A stretch of 64,000 nt of DNA, taken from Dudresnaya verticillata. Taxonomy: Eukaryota. The stretch is taken from NCBI GenBank assembly GCA_977862235.1, contig OZ374559.1, forward strand, positions 2,728,001 to 2,792,000. Reading direction: 5' to 3'. A program made the translations under genes and the position numbers. Positions 19,413 through 30,466 of this stretch are shown here, in pieces. The notes under the pieces are model-generated. The model had not been told where the DNA came from, ran no database searches, and saw only the letters and a program-made list of their open reading frames with translations. Numbering within the stretch: position 1 is the first letter of the stretch; the number at the start of each line of letters is the position of its first letter.

Positions 19413-19610
19413 GGGAGCCTGTTGTTGGCGCAAGCACTTTCAATATTGTTTCATCCTGTGGCTACGATTATGAATGCCGACAATCATAGGCACAAGTGAG
19501 TCTTTCCGAGCGAACGGTAAAGGCGTTTGTTTGTAGTCGAATGCATTAGACCTAGATCCTGAGTTTCAGGGGCTTGCTACCATGTGCAAGCGTAACATTT
19601 GATCCTCTTC

Positions 19611-19617
19611 TATAAAA
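19611..19617 (+). promoter_or_regulatory. Candidate TATA box of gene A (present in every unit)
   Basis: TATAAAA ~250 nt upstream of the ATG at 19860, followed by a C/A-rich leader. Confidence 0.5.
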
Positions 19618-19859
19618 ACCACAGAGCACGCCCAACCCGGGGTTGCAATCAGGATCAGAAACCAACAGCAATCGACGCGAACAAGCAACTCTCCAACACA
19701 ACAAATCGTCTCTACAATCGGCTAAAGAATCCGAGATCACCCACACATAACCAAGTCGTGCTAACCAGAAGTCAAGTCTGTGTTACACAAACCAACTGCT
19801 ATACGCAATCCGTATACGCACAATCTGCCATTCGGGGTTCATCTACAGCAACCAACAAG

Positions 19860-20351
19860 ATGAAGAAATCCTTCCTCATCTCATCTATCCTGTGCACCAT
19901 CATTGGCACCTGCACAGCTGTCAGTCTCAAGCCAATCTCCGAAGTTTCTCATGCTCTCAGTAACACGTGCTCAAGCGACACCATGATCCATTCTTCAGGA
20001 TGTATGTGTCACATAATCTACAAGAACGGAAGGATGACGAAGGAGCTCCATTCGCTTTGTATTCAAGTGTTTGGACGGTCTGCCTTTGTGTCGAATGCTT
20101 TCTGCGAACCATTTATGTCCAAGGGCGTGGTGCAATTGAAATCTCTTGTGCAGAGCTCGATTTCTTGCGTCAACAGCGATCTAAAGGGCACCTTCCGACA
20201 GCTCGTACAGGTCACATCCTTGGACAAGAATATGGGAAGGATGGAACTGTTGGCCAAGGCGGTGCGGTTCCCTTGGATTCTGGTCTTGAAGATCTTGATA
20301 ATCGCGATCAAGATTGCCATTCTGATTCTGGAAGAGACTGGAGGTCCTTAG
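19860..20351 (+). CDS. Gene A copy 1: secreted six-Cys protein (163 aa) with C-terminal amphipathic peptide
   Basis: Signal-peptide-like MKKSFLISSILCTIIGTCTA; C-x10-CMC-x16-C-x14-C-x20-C domain; R|FPWILVLKILIIAIKIAILILEETGGP tail. Clearly paralogous to gene B. Confidence 0.85.
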   Translation: MKKSFLISSILCTIIGTCTAVSLKPISEVSHALSNTCSSDTMIHSSGCMCHIIYKNGRMTKELHSLCIQVFGRSAFVSNAFCEPFMSKGVVQLKSLVQSSISCVNSDLKGTFRQLVQVTSLDKNMGRMELLAKAVRFPWILVLKILIIAIKIAILILEETGGP

Positions 20352-22070
20352 TCTTGCTGCAGTAATACATAACATGAACATCCTTTGCTTGTGCCACTAA
20401 TTGTATAAAGTAAGCAAAAATGCAGACGAATGTATAAAACGTTTTATGCTTTTCAAGCACTTCATCCCTTTATCCCTTTATTCAAATCTTCCTACTCTCG
20501 AGGTTGTAATGCATCATTTTACAAACTTACATACAAAGTACCTCCATGTTTCCAGCAACAAATTCTCTTCTAAAGCATCAACCACACTTCTCCATTGATT
20601 CATCCTGCCTGCATGTCCATCTTACTAATAGGATATGTCACTACCAGCAAGACCAGATCCAGTGCGACGGTTTACTTTAGTGGCTGCTCCCTTTGTTTTT
20701 GATTTTCCTCTCCTGGTGGATTACGCTCACTACCAAAAAAACAACTATCGCTTCCGCTTTGACCTAGTAGTGAAGCTTAGTGATGGTAAACTTTTAATGG
20801 TTGTTTTAGGTGGTCCCGATCGGGCGGGGCGACTTGAAGGCCCATGTGCGGGTATTAGTGACCTAAACTCATTTCAGGGCCCTACTCGGTTGTCCCGTCG
20901 ACCTGCTCCTGGACGAGGCGAGTACACTCTAAACACTCTAAAGTTGAGTAAACATTTATATTCACCTGCTCCTGGCGATTTCCACCCCATGCAGGCTCTC
21001 GAGCTGAACCAGGCCATCACTCTCTTCGTCTGTACGAAATTCCCTTCGAACTTCCCCCGATGGTGATAGCCACATTGCGAGCCATTTTGTCGCCGCTTTG
21101 AACTATACGCGCATCAGGTTTTGCGAAGCTTGTACCCATTTATTGAGATTATGAAAGTCACTTATCCCTTTTGACAGTGGAGGGAAACCGACTAGCGAAC
21201 TTCATCGCTGCGGAGAACGGCATCTTCCCCACCCATTAAGAGACTCGCCTTATTTACGAGTCTGTTTCTACTGTTATTGGGAATAAACTGAGCCGTTGCT
21301 TTCGAGATTGCTTGTCAACATTCGTGGGCTTCTTGACGGTGCAGAGTTGAAAAGGTAAAGATTTTCAGTGTCACAATGAGGTGTTCGAGGTACCGTAAGC
21401 ATCCTCAAAAGAGATTCCTGTGGCTGGATCACTTCATTGCACACCTCTTGGTGCAGATAATCAGGTGATTATACATGACGTCACTCTCCCGTCCACTGCA
21501 ATAAACTCACATCTTCGATTCGGCCATCTCATTTAGAAGAGAGATGCCTTTAGAACCAACCTTTATTTAGAAAGAGAGACTGTGGACTGGACAGGGGAGA
21601 GGGGTAAAGCACTAGAACGCATCAGACGGGATATGGGATAATTGCGACGACTAATGCTAACTGAAACAAGTTAAGGGGGGCTTTCTATCCACTAACACTA
21701 TTGTCAGTCCAGCGTAGAAGCACTTTGGTCGTGGCGTTGTATTCAGTGATCAAGACGTCTTGGAACTTGCTACGTTAAGTGAGGAGAATATTCTTGGGAG
21801 GCTGCTTCGCTGCTCATTCGGAATATCTCACAAACTATTAAGAATGGCATGTGGAGAAATTCTGGGCGGTATTTGGCGCGAAACGCAACTTGCGAGTGCA
21901 TTTTACCGCCCTCTGAGCGTTCCCGCCCGACCTATTTATCGTGTCTGCACTGAACTCCGAGTTGCGTACTGCTCCCACCTACAACCTTTCCACGCCGCGG
22001 CCCTGTGTAGAGCACATTGTCAATTCTTGCCTTGCCAAATCACCACCCCGTTCACGCTACACATTCAGAA

Positions 22071-22949
22071 ATGAAGGGCACTGACCCTCGGCACATGTCA
22101 GCCACGGCGACAAGAACTGCGAGGCGCCTCGAAGAAGTCAAATGAGAGCTTCGCAAATCAGGCTGGTGGGCGATTCTCAAACGCGACCTCCAGCATGCCA
22201 AGGCAGGAAGAAGGCCATACTCTCTCCAGTGTCTTGGAATCGGCTCGTTCGTCGCTGCTCAGAATTCGTTGGTTCAGTTTGCTTGTGCGTTGTTGGTCAA
22301 AGAAATGCTGGGACAACTTTCTGTTTGCACGATCACTGATCCGGTATTCAAACAGGACGATATCCAAGTCGCGCAACGAGCAGGGTTCAATGTTGTTCCC
22401 GCTTGCTCCAACAGAATGAGGACCCCTCCGGCGGGAACTTGTGCTATTCTTTTTATGCCATTCTGCCCTCTGCATCTTTGCAACGAGGTCCTTGAACAAT
22501 GCAGGCGTTTCGGGTATGAAGGGATCGTGTTCTTATCCAATTCTTTTGCGGACTATGCATCGGCACGTGCTGCCAGGGGAAAGAACCCACGTTCCGATAT
22601 CATCGATGAGCTTTACGAACTGAACGCTCTAATAGAGCGCGAATGCCCAAACGTTAGGATTCCAAGGAAACATGCGGCCCTTCAGGGTCTTTCTGTCCTC
22701 ACGATATCTATCAACCCAGAGTCGAAAAGAGTAAGACGTACAAGAAGCAATGATAATCTTTTCCGCAGGCATGAATATCTTCAGCGGTCCAAAAGTCTCG
22801 AACCATCTTCGCGGAGAGCTCCTCCACGGCTGTTTCCATCCTGCCTTCGTCTTCCACACTTGCGAGGATCAGAAGTTGAGCTGATGAGGAGACTATACGT
22901 TTCTAAACACAAAAGGTCAAGAACGGAGGGGAGAGAGCCCAACCGTTAA
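22071..22949 (+). pseudogene. SRR1-domain gene copy 1 with a nonsense mutation (R25*)
   Basis: TGA at 22143-22145 where the other copies have CGA. Confidence 0.85.
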
Positions 22950-23425
22950 CATTAACTGCCGCGCATTGAAGGGCTAAGGAAGTCAGATGAGAGTAACATT
23001 AAGCTTCCCGGAGGCTGGGGAGGTACCTTTTTCGACAGCAAGGTCGCAATGCGTTGAGGTTGAGGTCAAGGACAGGAAAACTCGGCCATACATATTGATG
23101 ACCAGACATAGGAATAGAATTTCATGCCCAAGTTGCCAAGTCAAAAGGTATAAACAATGGCAGTGGACGTCCACAGGCGGCTTCGGGAAAGGCGGTTGAC
23201 ACAAACTAGTGGGCGGCTACATTAATGTGAATCTTCTGAGCAAAAAGGATGCTGCTCTCTCCCTCTCTCCCTTGGTTACTTTCTACGCACAAATCTCACC
23301 CGCTTCCTAAAGGTCTAACAAAAAAGAGTTGTTTTATCCAGCGACACACCTGTTTCTCTCTTTTTACATCACAGTCCCACCAGAAAACACAATATACAAT
23401 AACAATGACACATCTGCCAACTCCA

Positions 23426-23956
23426 CTACAAGAACAATAGTATAATTTCGATCGCAATCTTCAAGATCTTCAGTACTAGCTTCCATGGGAACTTACGAAC
23501 CACGCTCGCTTCCAGCTCCATTTTGTTCCCTGGTTCCAAGGCCGTAGACGTCGACTCGTGTTTAGATCCACGCGACAGTTGACGGAGTGATGCAGCGAGT
23601 TTGGTGCTGAGGCAGGTATTTGCACTCTTGACTAATGACATGTACTGGGTCATGCCACCGGTCATGAACGGCTCGCAGTACTTTTCCGAATAGAAAATGG
23701 ACCGCCCGAATACTTCAGTGCACAATGAAGAAAGTTCTCGTGTCATCTTCCCCTTTGATTGTACAACGTAGCACATGCATCCTGCCGTCTGAAGAAGGTC
23801 GTCGTGTGAGCATGCGCCAGTTGTGGTGCGAGATCCATGGAGCTCTATTTTTTGAGGGACGGCGTCGTGTGTGGAAACAATGGAGGCAGCTTTAGCTGAC
23901 GTCTCGTAGACAGCGATGAGCAAGAAAATTGCGAAACAAGAGGTGGTGAACTTCAT
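23426..23956 (-). CDS. Gene B copy 1: secreted six-Cys protein (176 aa) with C-terminal amphipathic peptide
   Basis: Signal-peptide-like MKFTTSCFAIFLLIAVYETSAKA; same Cys spacing as gene A; RK|FPWKLVLKILKIAIEIILLFL tail. Confidence 0.85.
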   Translation of the reverse strand: MKFTTSCFAIFLLIAVYETSAKAASIVSTHDAVPQKIELHGSRTTTGACSHDDLLQTAGCMCYVVQSKGKMTRELSSLCTEVFGRSIFYSEKYCEPFMTGGMTQYMSLVKSANTCLSTKLAASLRQLSRGSKHESTSTALEPGNKMELEASVVRKFPWKLVLKILKIAIEIILLFL

Positions 23957-24165
23957 GTTGGAGTTGCGGGTTGATTTGTAAACGGGATAGAAATGTAGCA
24001 CAGAAGGTGTGTTGATGTGTTGAGGAGTTGTTCTGGAAGGGTGCGGGTGCAGATGGAAAGTATGCTGTGTGAATGTGTGTGTGAGTGAATAGAGTGTGCT
24101 TTGCTGCTGTGCAGAAGTACCGCAATGATTTAGGTGGTTTGAGTCTTTGGTGAGCCGCCCAGCAC

Positions 24166-24172
24166 TTATATA
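24166..24172 (-). promoter_or_regulatory. Candidate TATA box of gene B (present in every full unit)
   Basis: TATATAA on the minus strand ~210 nt upstream of the ATG at 23956, followed by a C/A-rich leader. Confidence 0.5.
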
Positions 24173-26369
24173 GCCTTAAGTAAACTTCATACAGCATCGC
24201 CACGATCTCGGCGCAACGACCTCGCAAACCTTGACTTCATACTTTGTGAGGCGCACTGTGACACAGCACGATGGCATGTGGCTATTCTCGACTATAGTCT
24301 AGAACAAGAACAGCGCTGCAGTTCCAACGTAACGTAACAGCTGACGCACACAGCCGCAGAAAAGTTGTGATGTACCTCGGGGAAGAAGCGTTGCGCGCCA
24401 CTCGCTCTAGTAAAATGAGAGGGGGAACGAGCGCCCACCCGACGCCAACTGGCGGTGGTAGTTTAGGCACAACACCAGCGGCCAACGAGTGCGGCGGAAG
24501 AGTGAAAGACTAGGAAACATCTCCGAGATATTCCAACAGGACGGTCCAAGTATGTACACGCAGTGATATGCGGTGATAGCCTTTGGCATTCGTAGCTGCA
24601 GTTCACAGCAGCTGAACCTTTTGTCTTGACACGTTACACAAATCTCGTAGCTTCAACTGCTACCGCACGTTCTCCGTCACCGCCGCCAGCAAGCGTTCTG
24701 CCGCCAATTCACTTGGACGCTGCAGGTAGAGTCAATAGCCATCATGCGATCATGCGCTATGTGCGGCCTTTCTAACCTCGAGGCTCCCTGCACTTGTTAG
24801 AACGCTGTGCCGTTTCAAAGCTATGACCACACATAAATCCGGAAAGAGGGAACAAATGGTGTAACAGTAATAATATAACATTACCACAATCTCACTGCAT
24901 TATATCTCTGCACATCTGAGCTGCTAAGGACGACCGCATATTCTTGTTGCCCGCCTCCAGGCCACCTGTTCGCTCCAGAATGTTGCATTCCCGTCACGCC
25001 TTGCTCCACTTGCACAGCCGCAGGTGGACCGGGGCCTTGGAACACTTGGCTCAGCCACCATCTCGTAGAAAGCGGAATGGCACATATGAGCACCTAAAGC
25101 ACACACAGGCACACATTACCGCACAGTCAAAGCCTTATTGACGTTTCCGTAACCTTCAAAGCACTTCATACAGTTTCAATGTATCCGACGACGTGAATCA
25201 AACCGACCTTTGTCAAAGTACTCGCTTTGTTATACTCTCACGGCTGCCTCCAACGAGGTTCGCAAGCTCGTGCAGCATAAAAACGAACTGATAAAAGCCC
25301 CTTCCGACTTTCTACACACTATCACAATATTCACACAGTATGCCCCTTCACGAACGTTGGCACCTTCGCGAAGTTGTATTGCAGCTGAAATGAGAAATGA
25401 GAAAGCTCACAGTGCAAGTTGTACAGCAGCAAACACCGCCACGGTATCAGGTGTGACTTGTGTGCTCGAAAGACTCGAGACTGCCCCACTCGCTTTCCGC
25501 ACATCACACTCTCAGTACGGTGCTGTTTGATTTGAATACGATGCCATTTCACAGCCGTATAGTTTATGAAGAGTATTGAGCCCGTACCGGCCGAAGAAGG
25601 TAGACACGGTACATGGTATTGCTGCTCACTCGAACTCATACAATGCAAAATGGAGCAAACTGCTGCAATTGGACGCGTGCCAATGTATCATTGTGCCATC
25701 ATAGTCACATTCTCTGAAACGGTGTTGCCTGCGCTCAGTATCCCAGAAAGATCTCAAATATCGGCAGATCTGACACGAGCGGGCACAGTAAAAGAGTAAA
25801 ACATCACGACGCAGGCCAAACGAGAAAGAGGGGGAGGATGTAGGGAGGCGGAAGGAGAGGCGGCTGTAACAAAAAAAGGAGACGTGAACGTTGTGCGCGA
25901 TGCCGAGGTGAAACGTGAGGCAGGGAGCCTGTTGTTGGCGCAAGCACTTTCAATATTGTTTCATCCTGTGGCTACGATTATGAATGCCGACAATCATAGG
26001 CACAAGTGAGTCTTTCCGAGCGAACGGTAAAGGCGTTTGTTTGTAGTCGAATGCATTAGACCTAGATCCTGAGTTTCAGGGGCTTGCTACCATGTGCAAG
26101 CGTAACATTTGATCCTCTTCTATAAAAACCACAGAGCACGCCCAACCCGGGGTTGCAATCAGGATCAGAAACCAACAGCAATCGACGCGAACAAGCAACT
26201 CTCCAACACAACAAATCGTCTCTACAATCGGCTAAAGAATCCGAGATCACCCACACATAACCAAGTCGTGCTAACCAGAAGTCAAGTCTGTGTTACACAA
26301 ACCAACTGCTATACGCAATCCGTATACGCACAATCTGCCATTCGGGGTTCATCTACAGCAACCAACAAG

Positions 26370-26861
26370 ATGAAGAAATCCTTCCTCATCTCATCTATCC
26401 TGTGCACCATCATTGGCACCTGCACAGCTGTCAGTCTCAAGCCAATCTCCGAAGTTTCTCATGCTCTCAGTAACACGTGCTCAAGCGACACCATGATCCA
26501 TTCTTCAGGATGTATGTGTCACATAATCTACAAGAACGGAAGGATGACGAAGGAGCTCCATTCGCTTTGTATTCAAGTGTTTGGACGGTCTGCCTTTGTG
26601 TCGAATGCTTTCTGCGAACCATTTATGTCCAAGGGCGTGGTGCAATTGAAATCTCTTGTGCAGAGCTCGATTTCTTGCGTCAACAGCGATCTAAAGGGCA
26701 CCTTCCGACAGCTCGTACAGGTCACATCCTTGGACAAGAATATGGGAAGGATGGAACTGTTGGCCAAGGCGGTGCGGTTCCCTTGGATTCTGGTCTTGAA
26801 GATCTTGATAATCGCGATCAAGATTGCCATTCTGATTCTGGAAGAGACTGGAGGTCCTTAG
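26370..26861 (+). CDS. Gene A copy 2
   Basis: Same translation as 19860-20351. Confidence 0.85.
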   Translation: MKKSFLISSILCTIIGTCTAVSLKPISEVSHALSNTCSSDTMIHSSGCMCHIIYKNGRMTKELHSLCIQVFGRSAFVSNAFCEPFMSKGVVQLKSLVQSSISCVNSDLKGTFRQLVQVTSLDKNMGRMELLAKAVRFPWILVLKILIIAIKIAILILEETGGP

Positions 26862-28580
26862 TCTTGCTGCAGTAATACATAACATGAACATCCTTTGCTT
26901 GTGCCACTAATTGTATAAAGTAAGCAAAAATGCAGACGAATGTATAAAACGTTTTATGCTTTTCAAGCACTTCATCCCTTTATCCCTTTATTCAAATCTT
27001 CCTACTCTCGAGGTTGTAATGCATCATTTTACAAACTTACATACAAAGTACCTCCATGTTTCCAGCAACAAATTCTCTTCTAAAGCATCAACCACACTTC
27101 TCCATTGATTCATCCTGCCTGCATGTCCATCTTACTAATAGGATATGTCACTACCAGCAAGACCAGATCCAGTGCGACGGTTTACTTTAGTGGCTGCTCC
27201 CTTTGTTTTTGATTTTCCTCTCCTGGTGGATTACGCTCACTACCAAAAAAACAACTATCGCTTCCGCTTTGACCTAGTAGTGAAGCTTAGTGATGGTAAA
27301 CTTTTAATGGTTGTTTTAGGTGGTCCCGATCGGGCGGGGCGACTTGAAGGCCCATGTGCGGGTATTAGTGACCTAAACTCATTTCAGGGCCCTACTCGGT
27401 TGTCCCGTCGACCTGCTCCTGGACGAGGCGAGTACACTCTAAACACTCTAAAGTTGAGTAAACATTTATATTCACCTGCTCCTGGCGATTTCCACCCCAT
27501 GCAGGCTCTCGAGCTGAACCAGGCCATCACTCTCTTCGTCTGTACGAAATTCCCTTCGAACTTCCCCCGATGGTGATAGCCACATTGCGAGCCATTTTGT
27601 CGCCGCTTTGAACTATACGCGCATCAGGTTTTGCGAAGCTTGTACCCATTTATTGAGATTATGAAAGTCACTTATCCCTTTTGACAGTGGAGGGAAACCG
27701 ACTAGCGAACTTCATCGCTGCGGAGAACGGCATCTTCCCCACCCATTAAGAGACTCGCCTTATTTACGAGTCTGTTTCTACTGTTATTGGGAATAAACTG
27801 AGCCGTTGCTTTCGAGATTGCTTGTCAACATTCGTGGGCTTCTTGACGGTGCAGAGTTGAAAAGGTAAAGATTTTCAGTGTCACAATGAGGTGTTCGAGG
27901 TACCGTAAGCATCCTCAAAAGAGATTCCTGTGGCTGGATCACTTCATTGCACACCTCTTGGTGCAGATAATCAGGTGATTATACATGACGTCACTCTCCC
28001 GTCCACTGCAATAAACTCACATCTTCGATTCGGCCATCTCATTTAGAAGAGAGATGCCTTTAGAACCAACCTTTATTTAGAAAGAGAGACTGTGGACTGG
28101 ACAGGGGAGAGGGGTAAAGCACTAGAACGCATCAGACGGGATATGGGATAATTGCGACGACTAATGCTAACTGAAACAAGTTAAGGGGGGCTTTCTATCC
28201 ACTAACACTATTGTCAGTCCAGCGTAGAAGCACTTTGGTCGTGGCGTTGTATTCAGTGATCAAGACGTCTTGGAACTTGCTACGTTAAGTGAGGAGAATA
28301 TTCTTGGGAGGCTGCTTCGCTGCTCATTCGGAATATCTCACAAACTATTAAGAATGGCATGTGGAGAAATTCTGGGCGGTATTTGGCGCGAAACGCAACT
28401 TGCGAGTGCATTTTACCGCCCTCTGAGCGTTCCCGCCCGACCTATTTATCGTGTCTGCACTGAACTCCGAGTTGCGTACTGCTCCCACCTACAACCTTTC
28501 CACGCCGCGGCCCTGTGTAGAGCACATTGTCAATTCTTGCCTTGCCAAATCACCACCCCGTTCACGCTACACATTCAGAA

Positions 28581-29459
28581 ATGAAGGGCACTGACCCTCG
28601 GCACATGTCAGCCACGGCGACAAGAACTGCGAGGCGCCTCGAAGAAGTCAAACGAGAGCTTCGCAAATCAGGCTGGTGGGCGATTCTCAAACGCGACCTC
28701 CAGCATGCCAAGGCAGGAAGAAGGCCATACTCTCTCCAGTGTCTTGGAATCGGCTCGTTCGTCGCTGCTCAGAATTCGTTGGTTCAGTTTGCTTGTGCGT
28801 TGTTGGTCAAAGAAATGCTGGGACAACTTTCTGTTTGCACGATCACTGATCCGGTATTCAAACAGGACGATATCCAAGTCGCGCAACGAGCAGGGTTCAA
28901 TGTTGTTCCCGCTTGCTCCAACAGAATGAGGACCCCTCCGGCGGGAACTTGTGCTATTCTTTTTATGCCATTCTGCCCTCTGCATCTTTGCAACGAGGTC
29001 CTTGAACAATGCAGGCGTTTCGGGTATGAAGGGATCGTGTTCTTATCCAATTCTTTTGCGGACTATGCATCGGCACGTGCTGCCAGGGGAAAGAACCCAC
29101 GTTCCGATATCATCGATGAGCTTTACGAACTGAACGCTCTAATAGAGCGCGAATGCCCAAACGTTAGGATTCCAAGGAAACATGCGGCCCTTCAGGGTCT
29201 TTCTGTCCTCACGATATCTATCAACCCAGAGTCGAAAAGAGTAAGACGTACAAGAAGCAATGATAATCTTTTCCGCAGGCATGAATATCTTCAGCGGTCC
29301 AAAAGTCTCGAACCATCTTCGCGGAGAGCTCCTCCACGGCTGTTTCCATCCTGCCTTCGTCTTCCACACTTGCGAGGATCAGAAGTTGAGCTGATGAGGA
29401 GACTATACGTTTCTAAACACAAAAGGTCAAGAACGGAGGGGAGAGAGCCCAACCGTTAA
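28581..29459 (+). CDS. SRR1-domain protein, copy 2 (292 aa)
   Basis: CLGIGSF...QFACALL...DPVF..DD...GF...LFMPFCP..L.NEVL...FLSNSF matches the SRR1/Ber1 family motif series (C.GLG.F, DPVF, FYMPHC, GNSF). Confidence 0.8.
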   Translation: MKGTDPRHMSATATRTARRLEEVKRELRKSGWWAILKRDLQHAKAGRRPYSLQCLGIGSFVAAQNSLVQFACALLVKEMLGQLSVCTITDPVFKQDDIQVAQRAGFNVVPACSNRMRTPPAGTCAILFMPFCPLHLCNEVLEQCRRFGYEGIVFLSNSFADYASARAARGKNPRSDIIDELYELNALIERECPNVRIPRKHAALQGLSVLTISINPESKRVRRTRSNDNLFRRHEYLQRSKSLEPSSRRAPPRLFPSCLRLPHLRGSEVELMRRLYVSKHKRSRTEGREPNR

Positions 29460-29935
29460 CATTAACTGCCGCGCATTGAAGGGCTAAGGAAGTCAGATGA
29501 GAGTAACATTAAGCTTCCCGGAGGCTGGGGAGGTATCTTTTTCGACAGCAAGGTCGCAATGCGTTGAGGTTGAGGTCAAGGACAGGAAAACTCGGCCATA
29601 CATATTGATGACCAGACATAGGAATAGAATTTCATGCCCAAGTTGCCAAGTCAAAAGGTATAAACAATGGCAGTGGACGTCCACAGGCGGCTTCGGGAAA
29701 GGCGGTTGACACAAACTAGTGGGCGGCTACATTAATGTGAATCTTCTGAGCAAAAAGGATGCTGCTCTCTCCCTCTCTCCCTTGGTTACTTTCTACGCAC
29801 AAATCTCACCCGCTTCCTAAAGGTCTAACAAAAAAGAGTTGTTTTATCCAGCGACACACCTGTTTCTCTCTTTTTACATCACAGTCCCACCAGAAAACAC
29901 AATATACAATAACAATGACACATCTGCCAACTCCA

Positions 29936-30466
29936 CTACAAGAACAATAGTATAATTTCGATCGCAATCTTCAAGATCTTCAGTACTAGCTTCCATGGGA
30001 ACTTACGAACCACGCTCGCTTCCAGCTCCATTTTGTTCCCTGGTTCCAAGGCCGTAGACGTCGACTCGTGTTTAGATCCACGCGACAGTTGACGGAGTGA
30101 TGCAGCGAGTTTGGTGCTGAGGCAGGTATTTGCACTCTTGACTAATGACATGTACTGGGTCATGCCACCGGTCATGAACGGCTCGCAGTACTTTTCCGAA
30201 TAGAAAATGGACCGCCCGAATACTTCAGTGCACAATGAAGAAAGTTCTCGTGTCATCTTCCCCTTTGATTGTACAACGTAGCACATGCATCCTGCCGTCT
30301 GAAGAAGGTCGTCGTGTGAGCATGCGCCAGTTGTGGTGCGAGATCCATGGAGCTCTATTTTTTGAGGGACGGCGTCGTGTGTGGAAACAATGGAGGCAGC
30401 TTTAGCTGACGTCTCGTAGACAGCGATGAGCAAGAAAATTGCGAAACAAGAGGTGGTGAACTTCAT
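29936..30466 (-). CDS. Gene B copy 2
   Basis: Same translation as 23426-23956. Confidence 0.85.
   Translation of the reverse strand: MKFTTSCFAIFLLIAVYETSAKAASIVSTHDAVPQKIELHGSRTTTGACSHDDLLQTAGCMCYVVQSKGKMTRELSSLCTEVFGRSIFYSEKYCEPFMTGGMTQYMSLVKSANTCLSTKLAASLRQLSRGSKHESTSTALEPGNKMELEASVVRKFPWKLVLKILKIAIEIILLFL

Noticed and set aside
19599..19859. N-terminal extensions of the ORF-track calls for gene A (250 aa), gene B (191 aa) and SRR1 (310 aa)
   Set aside because: They begin at TTG/GTG. The first ATGs give signal-peptide-like starts for A and B, and the gene A extension overlaps its TATA box.
20635..21066. 143-aa ORF repeated in each unit
   Set aside because: No recognisable motif; its recurrence only reflects the array, and unit 7 has a stop and an insertion in it. 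It cannot be fully excluded.
21545..21690. Minus-strand tctctctttctaaataaaggt resembling the non-LTR 3' end
   Set aside because: Too short and low in complexity, with no intact hairpin or adjoining coding homology.
24781..25930. 11-bp inverted repeat AGGCTCCCTGC...GCAGGGAGCCT as possible transposon TIRs
   Set aside because: It does not extend, has no TSD, and matches of this length are expected by chance within 6.5 kb.
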